DNA of 64,000 nt from a virus (taxonomy: Duplodnaviria > Caudoviricetes): the IMG/VR virus record IMGVR_UViG_3300023178_000046, positions 836 through 64,835 of that record. One strand, given 5' to 3'. The notes beneath the pieces are model-generated. The model did not search any database and had not been told where the DNA came from. It saw nothing but the letters and a program-made list of their open reading frames with translations. Below, one piece after another: positions 29,251-39,577 of the stretch. Each line of letters begins with the position of its first letter. Position 1 is the stretch's first letter. The position numbers and the translations under genes are program-made.

Positions 29251-30835
29251 ATTTAAAAATTTATATAATATACCAGATAAAGTTATAGATGCATGTTTTA
29301 ATGCTGGTAATATACATCCTGATGTCTATACATTATATGACATATTTGTAGAGTTAGGAATGAGTACTGAACGTTGGTTCGATAGTAATAAAAACTTCAG
29401 AAAATATAATTATTCTGATAAACCATTGTATCAATATGATATAGATTACTTTATATGTAAATATTTTTATGAGTATGAAAAATGGTGTGATTTATATCAC
29501 AACACTAGATTTCATAAAGAAATCACTATCATTTCTAGATTAAAAACAACAAGCAAAAATATGTGTTATGCACAGTTACGAAATGTAACTGATGAGAAAG
29601 ATTTTAGTTTGCTTGTTAAAATCAAAGGTGAAGATCGAAATGTAACTTGGGGTAAATTTTTACGATCATTACCATGGCTTTATAAGAAAACAGATGCTGA
29701 TTATGAAGAAATGGTAAACATTGCAAAAAGTCAGTTAATCAAATCATTTAGAATTAGAGAAGTACATCATTCTGCTATAATTGACTGGTATTATAAAGGT
29801 CGATATGCTGACTATAATACTGGTAGTTTAGCTCAGAGTTGCATGAGATATTCATCTTGCGAAGATTATCTTCATATATACAATCAAGATGGTATACGTA
29901 TGATAATTGTAATTGATAACGATGATAAACTTGTTGGTCGTGCTATTGTATGGGACAAAAAAATATGGAACAAAAACTATTTTGATGATACGAATGCTTT
30001 TATAGATCGAATATATGGCACAGATAGTACAATACAAATGGTCAAAGATTATTGCAAAACAAAAGGCTATGCATGGAAAGAACGTCAAAGTTATGATTGT
30101 CCAAAAACATTTCAATATCTAAAGGATGGTGAAATACGTACTATTGATCGTAATGTACGTGTGAATATAGAAACAAAATTTGATTACTATCCATTTATGG
30201 ATACTATGTTTATGATGAATGATGGATATTTAGCTAACCAAGGTGGTGGTGACAAACTACGTGAGACAGATGGTCATACCAGAAGTAACGGTTCTTGTTA
30301 TAGTTGTGACAATGAACTTGATTATGATGATTGTCACAATATAGATGGTGACTCTTATTGTGGTGAATGTGCTAGATATTCAGAATACAGTGATCAATCA
30401 TTCGTATATGATGATGTTGTATGGTCAGACAGAGATAATGATTATTACCATCATGAAGATGCGGTATATTGTGAATATGAAGGAGATAATATATTACATG
30501 AAGAAGCTATAGAAGATTTTAGTGGTAATTGGATACATACAGACAATGCTACAAATGCTGATGTCAGCGAAAGTCTAATCTTTCATGATGAAGAATTTAA
30601 ATGTTTTGAAATATTTGTAGCTGTTAACACACCAAATGAAGTAGGTATTTATATCCCATACACAAACGGTACAACACAAACTGCATTTGTTGATTCTTTA
30701 CACAGATATGTAAAAAATATTGGAAATGTTGTAGAAATAAAATTAGGTGATGATATTATAGAATATGATACAGATCAAAATTCAGTATTACACATAATGT
30801 TAGATAGTTATATAGAAAATCATGTATTAGTATGA
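29231..30835 (+). CDS. Hypothetical protein with GSLAQSCMRY core and Cys/acidic repeats
   Basis: SCMRY...GRAIVW...DRIY...YPFMDT; CxxC...CxxC and acidic repeats in the C-terminal half. Confidence 0.7.
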   Translation: MRLPLTEFKNLYNIPDKVIDACFNAGNIHPDVYTLYDIFVELGMSTERWFDSNKNFRKYNYSDKPLYQYDIDYFICKYFYEYEKWCDLYHNTRFHKEITIISRLKTTSKNMCYAQLRNVTDEKDFSLLVKIKGEDRNVTWGKFLRSLPWLYKKTDADYEEMVNIAKSQLIKSFRIREVHHSAIIDWYYKGRYADYNTGSLAQSCMRYSSCEDYLHIYNQDGIRMIIVIDNDDKLVGRAIVWDKKIWNKNYFDDTNAFIDRIYGTDSTIQMVKDYCKTKGYAWKERQSYDCPKTFQYLKDGEIRTIDRNVRVNIETKFDYYPFMDTMFMMNDGYLANQGGGDKLRETDGHTRSNGSCYSCDNELDYDDCHNIDGDSYCGECARYSEYSDQSFVYDDVVWSDRDNDYYHHEDAVYCEYEGDNILHEEAIEDFSGNWIHTDNATNADVSESLIFHDEEFKCFEIFVAVNTPNEVGIYIPYTNGTTQTAFVDSLHRYVKNIGNVVEIKLGDDIIEYDTDQNSVLHIMLDSYIENHVLV

Positions 30836-31470
30836 AAAATATAAAAAACAAAATAAATAATATCGGTATTGTTACAAAAGAAAACCATGATCAACTTGAA
30901 ATTGTAACAAAAATGTATATGCAAATATGTGCTACACAAAATATAAAGTTTGATGCACACTTGCATATGCAATTACACTATGCTTTAAGAAGCATTGCAG
31001 AAAACAACGTAATAATAACACAATTAGTATGTGATATGAGGGAAGAAATTGATAATAAATACAAAGAAATAAAAAGCAGTGTATATATAAAATATCTTGA
31101 TGATTACATACATCCAGATAATGCAAGAAAAGACTTTAAAAATTGTTATTGTGACATAGATGATTGTTTAAACGAACTAACATCTGATGAACTTGTGTTT
31201 TCTCATAAAGAATATGAATATGTATGGATAAAAATGAATGGTAATGTTATAAATATACCTATAGAAAGTAATGGTTATTTAATAACAGAATTCATGGAAA
31301 ACCTATATAATTACTTCAAAGAACATACAAGTATAAACAATATAGAATTTAAAATAGGTGAATATATTTTCACTTTAAAACGTGATGAATGTAGTTATTC
31401 GGACTTTTACGATATGATTTTCAAACACATATCTGCAATTAGTAAAAACGATTGGAATGGGAAGAAATAA
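30832..31470 (+). CDS. Hypothetical protein
   Basis: ORF track; the region YIHPDNARKDF...IPI resembles the C-terminus of the preceding gene. Confidence 0.6.
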   Translation: MKNIKNKINNIGIVTKENHDQLEIVTKMYMQICATQNIKFDAHLHMQLHYALRSIAENNVIITQLVCDMREEIDNKYKEIKSSVYIKYLDDYIHPDNARKDFKNCYCDIDDCLNELTSDELVFSHKEYEYVWIKMNGNVINIPIESNGYLITEFMENLYNYFKEHTSINNIEFKIGEYIFTLKRDECSYSDFYDMIFKHISAISKNDWNGKK

Positions 31471-31719
31471 ACCAATAGACATTCTTAGTAGAATAATACA
31501 AATTTTATTAATTATAGGTATATTTTATATATGTTTTAGCTTATAATAATGATAACACATGCAAATGTGTTTTCATTTTTCACTATCATCAGGGCGACTG
31601 ACAAGGGCGATGTCGACTCCAGCCATACAAGGGCGATAATTTCGAAAAAAATATAAATTATTAAATAAAAACTTGCAAATGTTAATAAATATGATTATAT
31701 TCACATAAAATTTAAAGCG

Positions 31720-32028
31720 ATGACAATATACAGAGTAGAAAAATTAGAGTATGACGACAGCTGGGGGTTGCTGATAGGTCAAGAATTTAGGGTCTATTCC
31801 ATAGACACAAAAACAAACATGGTGATAAAAGATATAGCGAACAAATCTAAATTCCTTGTTGAGAAAGACAAACATGATAGATGGTATGTTTTTGAAGTAG
31901 AATTTGATGATTTCGAAACAAAAAAGGATGCAATGGATTATTATAATAGCTGTGAATTCAATATAGAATACTATAACGATATTGTTATAAGTAATGTGAG
32001 TAAGTTAAATAATTTTTTAAATGGATAG
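31720..32028 (+). CDS. Hypothetical protein
   Basis: ORF track. Confidence 0.6.
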   Translation: MTIYRVEKLEYDDSWGLLIGQEFRVYSIDTKTNMVIKDIANKSKFLVEKDKHDRWYVFEVEFDDFETKKDAMDYYNSCEFNIEYYNDIVISNVSKLNNFLNG

Positions 32029-32284
32029 TAATTACTGCAAGGGCAGAAAAATGAGGGATTATTTACATTCAGATGTAATGATCAAAGACAACATACAGGT
32101 GTTCAATGATGTGTATGAATACATTGATAAAATGATAAATGACCGAAAGGATTTAATAGTAAAAATGCTAAGAGTAACAGACGAAGAAACTATACAAAAA
32201 ATAGAAGACGACTGTGCGAAACATTTAGCAGATGATATAATAAATATGTGCAATAAAATTATTCATAAATGGAGTCACAAATAG
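32021..32284 (+). CDS. Hypothetical protein
   Basis: ORF track, overlapping neighbours. Confidence 0.6.
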   Translation: MDSNYCKGRKMRDYLHSDVMIKDNIQVFNDVYEYIDKMINDRKDLIVKMLRVTDEETIQKIEDDCAKHLADDIINMCNKIIHKWSHK

Positions 32285-32691
32285 GACTTTCTTACAAAAA
32301 CATAGGATTGAAAGAAAAAATATGGGCTGAATTAACCACCATGAAAGAGCCTTCTGATATGGATGGTGATGGCGTGAAAACATATTTTATGTTTAATATT
32401 AAGGCATATAGTGATGAAAATGGTATATTTATAGTATATACGAACTCTAGTCTATACCCAAGCGTATCAAGCGATGACTTGCTCATCATCGCAGAAGAAG
32501 GTGTAGATAAAGGTGTGAGGCAAATTGCCTGGAGAGAAGCCAAAATAAAACTGGTGAATTTAAGAGATCAATTATATTTAAATCAAGCGAGAGGAGCATT
32601 TAAAAAAGTAGAAAAATCAAGAGAAGAAATCGAGCGGCATATAAACTATATGCGCAAGATAAAGGACAAAGAAACAGTATTTTTAATCTAA
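32269..32691 (+). CDS. Hypothetical protein
   Basis: ORF track. Confidence 0.6.
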   Translation: MESQIGLSYKNIGLKEKIWAELTTMKEPSDMDGDGVKTYFMFNIKAYSDENGIFIVYTNSSLYPSVSSDDLLIIAEEGVDKGVRQIAWREAKIKLVNLRDQLYLNQARGAFKKVEKSREEIERHINYMRKIKDKETVFLI

Positions 32692-32701
32692 ATTTAATCA
32701 A

Positions 32702-33202
32702 ATGTCAATTACAACAAAACTCTTTGCCGTTCAACAAGAGATAGGCAAGATATCAAAGGATGCAACAAATCCTTTTTACAAAAGCAAATACTTCGATATA
32801 AACAGCTTAATTGAACAGACCATACCTTTGTTTAAGAAGCACGGTATTTTGCTCTTACAACCGATTAGAAACGGTGAGGTGTACACGATACTACGATGTA
32901 CAGAAACAGAAACTCAAGAGGAAAGCAGTATACCTCTACCAGAGATGTCAGATCCACAAAAGGTAGGTAGTGCTATTACTTATTTCAGAAGATACAATCT
33001 AGCTTCGATGTTAGGGCTACAAGCTCAAGATGATGATGGTAACGCTACCGTTGGTAGTGTTGTTGACAACAGACCATTTTTGACTCAAGAAGGACTAGAC
33101 TATGTTTTGAATGGTACGAAAGAAGATGCGATCAAAGCCATGCAGACTAGACGTATGAAAACCGAATACAAACGATTAATACAAAAGAAACATGGAATAT
33201 AA
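32702..33202 (+). CDS. erf: ERF-family single-strand annealing protein
   Basis: KDATNPFYKSKY...PQKVGSAITYFRRYNLASMLGLQAQDDDGN, the ERF signature. Confidence 0.9.
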   Translation: MSITTKLFAVQQEIGKISKDATNPFYKSKYFDINSLIEQTIPLFKKHGILLLQPIRNGEVYTILRCTETETQEESSIPLPEMSDPQKVGSAITYFRRYNLASMLGLQAQDDDGNATVGSVVDNRPFLTQEGLDYVLNGTKEDAIKAMQTRRMKTEYKRLIQKKHGI

Positions 33203-33926
33203 AGATCAAATAGAGATGCTAAGAAATGACGATCAATACTACAATGGTATTGGTAAAGAGTATCTTTCGAACTCGGACATACAAGTGTTAACTAAAAATC
33301 CAAAAGAGTTTCACAAGACCACAGAAAAAACAACTGAAATGCTGATAGGTAACTATGTTCACGAGATTGTTTTCTTCGGTAAATCAGATATACCTTTTGT
33401 TTCTGCATCGAATAGAAACACAAAGATATACAAAGATGCAGTGGAAGAACACGGCTCAATTATGTTGCTGGAAAAAGAAATAGAAATGGCAAGAGATATT
33501 GAGTCTCATTTACGAAGCTTAACCAAAGCAAGTATATTGTTCGATAAAGATAATATATATGAGGAACCTAACATAAAAGATTTGTTTGGTAACGGAGTCT
33601 TGTGGAAGGGAAAAGCAGACATTATAAACAAAAAAGAGGGAAAGATAATTGACCTCAAGACTACAAGTAACATAGATTCATTTTCAGCTAAAGCAAAGCT
33701 ATATAATTATGATAGCCAAGCTTGGATTTACAAGGAGCTTTTTGGATATGAAATGATGTTTTTTGTAGTAGAGAAAGGAACTAACAGGTGTAAAATTGTT
33801 GAAGTTTCTGATGAGACCTACCAAAGAGGTAGAGATAAGGCCCAAGAGGCAGAGTTAAATTATGTGGATATGTATAAAAACAAAAACACAGATCCTAATC
33901 AATTTGTAGAGCATGGAATCATATAA
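33192..33926 (+). CDS. PD-(D/E)XK exonuclease (RecE/DUF3799-like)
   Basis: LSNSDI...GNYVHE...KGKADII...IIDLKTT...YDSQAWIY. Confidence 0.85.
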   Translation: MEYKDQIEMLRNDDQYYNGIGKEYLSNSDIQVLTKNPKEFHKTTEKTTEMLIGNYVHEIVFFGKSDIPFVSASNRNTKIYKDAVEEHGSIMLLEKEIEMARDIESHLRSLTKASILFDKDNIYEEPNIKDLFGNGVLWKGKADIINKKEGKIIDLKTTSNIDSFSAKAKLYNYDSQAWIYKELFGYEMMFFVVEKGTNRCKIVEVSDETYQRGRDKAQEAELNYVDMYKNKNTDPNQFVEHGII

Positions 33927-33992
33927 AAAAAGCATGAAACTGTGCATTACAATACTAACATTTTATTTATTAATTTTTTTATTTTTTTAATC

Positions 33993-34337
33993 ATGATTAA
34001 AGCTAACATTTCAATCAACTTAACAAAACTAGGACAAAATCAAGCTAAAATTTCAACCTCAAAAAAAGGTGAAAAATGGGCTAACCTAGAAATTGCAATC
34101 AAAGACGAGGTTGATCAGTACAACCAAAACATTAGTGTGAAATTCTCTAAGAATAAAGATAATCCGAATGAAGATCCAATATGGCTAGGGAATGGGTCTA
34201 CATACTGGACTGATGGAGCCACACCTAAGACTTCAAGAGAATTACCTTCAAAAGACGCAAATGCTGTTGGTAGTGTAGCCTCGCCTTTTCCTACAACAAC
34301 AGAAACAAAAGTAGTTGAAGATGACTTACCATTCTAA
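33993..34337 (+). CDS. Single-stranded DNA-binding protein
   Basis: DEVDQYNQN...WLGNG and acidic EDDLPF C-terminus; ATG at 33993. Confidence 0.75.
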   Translation: MIKANISINLTKLGQNQAKISTSKKGEKWANLEIAIKDEVDQYNQNISVKFSKNKDNPNEDPIWLGNGSTYWTDGATPKTSRELPSKDANAVGSVASPFPTTTETKVVEDDLPF

Positions 34338-34836
34338 AAACATATTAGCAGCTTTTCATATAGTCGATAAAGTTTGTGAATGGTATGAAACAAAGCCATC
34401 ACAATTATTTCAAAGAAGAAGATTCAGAGAAATAATACTTGCTAGACAAGAAGTCTTTTATTTAATAAAGAATGTATGTCCAAAAATGAGTTTAGCCTCC
34501 ATTGGGGGGCTAAGTGCTCATTTTGTTGAAGGGTCGGAATTTAATCATGCTACAGTACTACATAGTGTAAAAAGCGTAGAAGACAGGATGTTCTGCGATA
34601 AAAGTTATAAACATGGAATTCAAGGAAAACTATTTCAATTAAAAAGGGAGACTTTAAAAATAAAAGGTGATGACGATGATATTTATCAAACTATGTTGAC
34701 AGATCTGATTTTAGAGCTAAACAAACGAAAAGAAAACAAAGAGTTAGAAATCTTATTAATGTATTTAAGAAAACTTCGAGATGAAGGAGAGGCCAATACA
34801 AATTCATACGAAAATCACGCAATGGAGGTGGTATAA
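34321..34836 (+). CDS. DnaA domain IV-like HTH protein
   Basis: RRFREIILARQ...MSLASIG...NHATVLHSVKSVE matches the DnaA C-terminal DNA-binding motif. Confidence 0.75.
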   Translation: MTYHSKNILAAFHIVDKVCEWYETKPSQLFQRRRFREIILARQEVFYLIKNVCPKMSLASIGGLSAHFVEGSEFNHATVLHSVKSVEDRMFCDKSYKHGIQGKLFQLKRETLKIKGDDDDIYQTMLTDLILELNKRKENKELEILLMYLRKLRDEGEANTNSYENHAMEVV

Positions 34837-35485
34837 AGACGCAAATACAAAATCTCTATTCCTACACTTAATTATAACGGCCTGTCAATCTTCATGTATT
34901 GAAAACGAAATGTCTGTACAAAGAGGGCAACGTCTGACTACATACAGAGAATTGGCAGAGGAGAGCGGTCTTTCACTATCACAAACAAGAACTTCGGTAA
35001 AAAAACTTTTTGAAACAGGCGAAATAGATTTAGACACAACAAAAAGGTTTACACTTATAACACTGCTAAATTACGAGTCTTATCAGCAAAGACAAAAAGC
35101 AATAATTACTGAAGAGATTTCAGAAAACAATAACAGAATGTTTTACAAACAATCTATTAGCAACACAGTATGGGTAGAAACTATGTGTATGCAGAATAAT
35201 ATGTCGAGTGAAAACTTAAAGTTTTTATTAGACAAATTCATGTTGCATTTACAAGCAAGCAACATAAGAAAAACAAGACTGCAAGATTTTACTGGACACT
35301 TTAATAATTGGGTAAGGTATCAAAAGATAGATGAGACCTCTGTTCCTGCGAATGAAACTTACATTTATACATGGAGAGGTATGCATGAAAAAAGGGGAAA
35401 TTTTTTACAATTTTCAAAAGACAAAAAATCATACGATCATCCAGGGTTCGATTTCAAACTAATAAAAATATTAAGAGATGAATGA
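34781..35485 (+). CDS. Replication initiator/replisome organiser-like wHTH protein
   Basis: WRWYKDANTKSLFLHLII...RGQRLTTYRELAEESGLS...TLITLLNYESYQ. Confidence 0.7.
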   Translation: MKERPIQIHTKITQWRWYKDANTKSLFLHLIITACQSSCIENEMSVQRGQRLTTYRELAEESGLSLSQTRTSVKKLFETGEIDLDTTKRFTLITLLNYESYQQRQKAIITEEISENNNRMFYKQSISNTVWVETMCMQNNMSSENLKFLLDKFMLHLQASNIRKTRLQDFTGHFNNWVRYQKIDETSVPANETYIYTWRGMHEKRGNFLQFSKDKKSYDHPGFDFKLIKILRDE

Positions 35486-37262
35486 AATCAATGGATTTAA
35501 AATAAAAAACTACAACCAATACGGTTTTCCATCAAAAGCAAAAACACATACCTGCCCTGTATGTAGCGAAAACAGAAAAAAGAAAAAAGATAAGTGCGTG
35601 ATGCTTGATTGGGATAGAGGTCTTGCAACTTGTCAGCACTGTGGTATCGTACTGCAAATGCATGAATACGAAAAGAAAAATCAAACAGAAAAATACGTAT
35701 TACCTCCAAAGAAATTGTACGATGATCCTAGCGAAAACGTACAAAAATGGTTTCTTGACAGGGGCATATCATTGACAACAATAAACAAACTAAGAATAAC
35801 CGATGGCATTGAGTGGATGCCTGTGGTCAATAAAGAAGTACACACAATACACTTCAATTATTTTATTGATAGCACATTAGTGAATGTTAAATATAGAGAC
35901 TCACAAAAGCACTTTAAAATGTATAAAGATGCGGAAAAAGTGTTCTATAATTTAGATTCCATAAGGTTTTCTGATTCTTGTGTAATTGTGGAAGGAGAAA
36001 TGGATGTTGCCTCTGTCGTAGAAGCTGGTATAAATAGCGTAATATCTGTTCCAAATGGATTTAATCTAAACGGAGAGTTAAATCTAGACTACTTAACAAA
36101 CTATTACGAATTGTTTGAAGGCAAAACAAAAATATATTTGTGTGTAGATAATGATGATGCTGGTAAGAAAGGACAGGCTGAACTAATAAGAAGACTAGGC
36201 GCAGAGAAATGTTATCTTGTAAATTTAGATGACTGTAAAGATGCTAATGACTATCTACTAAAGTATGGAGCAGAAAAGCTGAAAGAAAAAATACTTGGCG
36301 CACCACAATGTCCGCTAGAAAATGTGGTGACTGCTGAAGATGTAATGGATGACTTGGAAAACTTTTACCTCAACGGTCATCAGAAGGGTTTTGGTGTTGG
36401 ACTATCGGAGTTTGACAACATATTTACAACATACACAAAACAATTTATTGTTGTCACAGGATTCCCTTCATCTGGAAAATCAGATTTCGTTGATCAGATG
36501 TGTGTAGGATACAATATGTTGCATGGTTTTAAAATAGCATACGCATCAACAGAAAACTTTCCTGCGTACCTACATGTAGATAAGATTGTAAGAAAATACT
36601 ACGGCATGAGACCAGACTCAAAAGAAGTGTTATCCGAAAAGTGGAAAAGAGTAGTAAGACACGTATCAAAAAACTTCTTTCATATAAACTACGATGATGG
36701 CTACGATTTAGAGAAGGTTCTTCAGAAGGCAGAAGAATTAGTTAAAAGAAAAGGCATAAGGGTTCTTGTCATTGACCCATACAATAAAGTAAGGTACAAG
36801 AATGGAAAGAACCTAGGTATTAATGACTATACAAATGAATACCTTAACATGATCGATAACTTTTGCAAAAAACATGATGTACTCGTAATTATAGTTGCAC
36901 ACCCTACAAAGCCTGAAAAGATAGATGGTAAGCTACAGCCTCCTACATTTTACGATGTGAAGGGTGGTGGTGAGTTTTACGACATGAGTCCTCATGGAAT
37001 ACTTGTTCACAGAGAGAGGACAGAAGAAGGGATGAGCAGCAATCTAGTAAAGATTAAGGTGTTGAAAGTAAAGTTTGCTAATCTTGGAGTAAACGATGCA
37101 GAATGTATGTTTGCATGGAATGTCAACAATGGTAGGTATGATAAAGTTGTGAATGGAGAGCCTACTTGGGACAATTCTAATTGGATAGAAAATCCAAAAA
37201 ACAAAATAGTACAGACGAAAATTATAGATGAAACTGTAAAAGACTTGGAAGATGCCTTCTAA
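35478..37262 (+). CDS. Primase-helicase (T7 gp4/Twinkle type)
   Basis: Zn finger CPVC..CQHC, TOPRIM IVEGEMD/DNDDAG/KDAND, Walker A GFPSSGKS, VIDPYN, VAHPTK. Confidence 0.92.
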   Translation: MNEINGFKIKNYNQYGFPSKAKTHTCPVCSENRKKKKDKCVMLDWDRGLATCQHCGIVLQMHEYEKKNQTEKYVLPPKKLYDDPSENVQKWFLDRGISLTTINKLRITDGIEWMPVVNKEVHTIHFNYFIDSTLVNVKYRDSQKHFKMYKDAEKVFYNLDSIRFSDSCVIVEGEMDVASVVEAGINSVISVPNGFNLNGELNLDYLTNYYELFEGKTKIYLCVDNDDAGKKGQAELIRRLGAEKCYLVNLDDCKDANDYLLKYGAEKLKEKILGAPQCPLENVVTAEDVMDDLENFYLNGHQKGFGVGLSEFDNIFTTYTKQFIVVTGFPSSGKSDFVDQMCVGYNMLHGFKIAYASTENFPAYLHVDKIVRKYYGMRPDSKEVLSEKWKRVVRHVSKNFFHINYDDGYDLEKVLQKAEELVKRKGIRVLVIDPYNKVRYKNGKNLGINDYTNEYLNMIDNFCKKHDVLVIIVAHPTKPEKIDGKLQPPTFYDVKGGGEFYDMSPHGILVHRERTEEGMSSNLVKIKVLKVKFANLGVNDAECMFAWNVNNGRYDKVVNGEPTWDNSNWIENPKNKIVQTKIIDETVKDLEDAF

Positions 37263-37503
37263 AAAGATAAAAAACTTTTTTGCTCCTACGAAAGAAATGT
37301 ATAATGCTTGTTCTTGGTGTTTTAGCAATGACATAAAAGCGTGGATAGAGCCAATAGGAAAAGAATATGTTGTTGTTTTAGATTATCAAGGAAAGGTTAA
37401 ACGTGGTAAGGAAATAGCTGTGTCTAGTGAGGAAGCATCAGAAATAATATGGAGGCTATACAAAACAATATATGAAAAACAAAAAATATTTGGTGATTTG
37501 TAA
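37252..37503 (+). CDS. Hypothetical protein
   Basis: ORF track. Confidence 0.6.
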   Translation: MPSKKIKNFFAPTKEMYNACSWCFSNDIKAWIEPIGKEYVVVLDYQGKVKRGKEIAVSSEEASEIIWRLYKTIYEKQKIFGDL

Positions 37504-37528
37504 AAATTAATATAACTTTAAAAGCATT

Positions 37529-37906
37529 ATGAAAATTAATGCTATAGAACTCGTCCAAAAATTTAATAAATCTTTTGGAATTTTGATAAACAAGAAGCCG
37601 AAGGCTCTTTCTGAATCAGACTACAAGCTGAAATTTGATCTGATGAAGGAAGAGCTTTCTGAATATATGGAGGCTTGTAAAAACAATGATATTGTTGAAA
37701 TTGCTGATGCGGTAGTTGACATGCAATATATATTAAATGGCATCGTGCTTGCCCATGGACTACAGGATGTTTTTGAAGACATGTTTGTTGAGGTACATGA
37801 GAGCAATATGAGTAAACTAGAAAACGGTAAGGTTTTAAAAAGAAAGGATGGCAAGGTGCTGAAGGGAAAAAACTATTACCCACCTAACCTAAAAAAATTC
37901 TTATGA
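37529..37906 (+). CDS. MazG-like NTP pyrophosphohydrolase
   Basis: EELSEY...VEIADAVVDMQY...EVHESNMSK...DGKVLKG. Confidence 0.88.
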   Translation: MKINAIELVQKFNKSFGILINKKPKALSESDYKLKFDLMKEELSEYMEACKNNDIVEIADAVVDMQYILNGIVLAHGLQDVFEDMFVEVHESNMSKLENGKVLKRKDGKVLKGKNYYPPNLKKFL

Positions 37907-38151
37907 AATTAATAGACGAACAAATCAGAAAAATACTAGGCTACAAAACATGGTCAGTACAAAGAAAAGTGGACACTCTTTTAGAGATGGATGCTTCAGC
38001 TTATACTCAGCTTGGCACAGACTCAACCTCTACAGAAAAAAAAGAAACAAGAAAAAACAGCAGAAAGATATACAGAGCTATTGCGCAAATAAGTCCTATG
38101 GACGGATATATCCTGGAAGCGCACATGATGGAAAAAGAGCTAAATTTGTAA
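37903..38151 (+). CDS. Hypothetical protein
   Basis: ORF track; ATGA coupling. Confidence 0.65.
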   Translation: MKLIDEQIRKILGYKTWSVQRKVDTLLEMDASAYTQLGTDSTSTEKKETRKNSRKIYRAIAQISPMDGYILEAHMMEKELNL

Positions 38152-38152
38152 C

Positions 38153-38326
38153 ATGAAACAATTCGGTGCATTTATTATAAATTACTTCAATGATCTCAAT
38201 GAGATGTCTACGGACACGTATGAGTCTATCATGGAAAGCGATTTTGATACTGCAAAAAATCAAATAAACCGAATGATTTTTAAACTTCAAGAGCTTAGAA
38301 AACTCTTGCACGACAATAATGAATGA
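38153..38326 (+). CDS. Hypothetical protein (57 aa)
   Basis: Hand-translated MKQFGAFIINYFNDLNEMSTDTYESIMESDFDTAKNQINRMIFKLQELRKLLHDNNE*; fills the gap. Confidence 0.6.
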   Translation: MKQFGAFIINYFNDLNEMSTDTYESIMESDFDTAKNQINRMIFKLQELRKLLHDNNE

Positions 38327-39461
38327 TGAAATCAAACAATATGTTTTAGAGTATTATCAAAAAGGGTTTACCAATAAGACTGTTTTAGCTCGTATGTGTG
38401 TTAAAAAGTTTCACTTAAGTGAAACATACACAGTAGAGAAATTAAGAAGATCCATTTCTCACTTCTTGCAAAGACAGCAAATTAAAGAAGAAAACCCTGC
38501 TCTACTACAGGAATGTGAAACAGTAGGTATTGATCCATCTACTGTTGGACAGGCATGGTATAAAGGTAAGCATTGGAGTGTAAACTTTAAGCCAGGCAAA
38601 GTTGGACCGAGCTTCGAAGAGATGCTCAAAGATCATATAGAAGATGTTAAAAATCATACGTTCAAATATGAGGAGATTAAACGAGAAAACAATTCTGATG
38701 ATTGCTTACTTGTTATTGATCCTGCTGATATACACATTGGGAAGCTAGCTTCTTCATTCGAAACAGGCGAGGATTACAATTCACAAATTGCAGTACAAAG
38801 GGTTCTTGATGGTGTTGATGGAATCCTAGAGAAATCCTCTGGCTTCAATATTGATAAAATATTGTTTGTTGCAGGTAACGATATTCTTCATTACGACACA
38901 CCCAAAAGAACTACTACAAGTGGAACACCACAGGATACTGATGGGATGTGGTACGAGAACTTTCTTACAGCAAAGAAATTATACGTTAATGTTTTAGATA
39001 AGCTTTTGAAGGTAGCTGACGTACACTTTATGTTTAATCCATCAAATCACGACTATCAAAGTGGGTTCTTTTTATCAGATTCTATAAGATCGTGGTATAA
39101 CACGTGTAAAAACATAACCTTTGACACGTCTATAGCTCACCGAAAGTATTTCAGATACCACAACAACCTTATAGGCACAACTCATGGAGATGGAGCTAAA
39201 ACGCAAGACCTGCCTTTGTTGATGGCGCAAGAAGCTGGAGACGATTGGTCTGCTGCAAAAAACAGATATGTATACATACATCACATACATCATAAGATGT
39301 CTAAAGATTTTATTGGCGTCACTGTCGAAGCTCTTAGATCACCATCTGGAACTGACTCCTGGCACCACAGAAAGGGCTATCAACACGCCCCTAAAGCTGT
39401 TGAGGGTTTTATTCATGAAAAGCAATTCGGACAGATAGCAAGATTTACACATTTATTCTGA
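38319..39461 (+). CDS. Calcineurin-like metallophosphoesterase
   Basis: ADIHIG, GNDILH, PSNHD, THGD, HHIHH motifs. Confidence 0.85.
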   Translation: MNDEIKQYVLEYYQKGFTNKTVLARMCVKKFHLSETYTVEKLRRSISHFLQRQQIKEENPALLQECETVGIDPSTVGQAWYKGKHWSVNFKPGKVGPSFEEMLKDHIEDVKNHTFKYEEIKRENNSDDCLLVIDPADIHIGKLASSFETGEDYNSQIAVQRVLDGVDGILEKSSGFNIDKILFVAGNDILHYDTPKRTTTSGTPQDTDGMWYENFLTAKKLYVNVLDKLLKVADVHFMFNPSNHDYQSGFFLSDSIRSWYNTCKNITFDTSIAHRKYFRYHNNLIGTTHGDGAKTQDLPLLMAQEAGDDWSAAKNRYVYIHHIHHKMSKDFIGVTVEALRSPSGTDSWHHRKGYQHAPKAVEGFIHEKQFGQIARFTHLF

Positions 39462-39515
39462 TGTTTTTAAAATTTGTAGAGTTTATAACCTTCTTGACCT
39501 CGTTTGTTTGTATCG

Positions 39516-39523
39516 TATATTTG
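39516..39523 (+). promoter_or_regulatory. Bacteroidota -7 promoter box TATATTTG
   Basis: Intergenic, upstream of 39578. Confidence 0.55.
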
Positions 39524-39577
39524 ATACGAATTTTGTTTTTCAACAAAACCGATTTGTAATCACTATCATCATGCATA

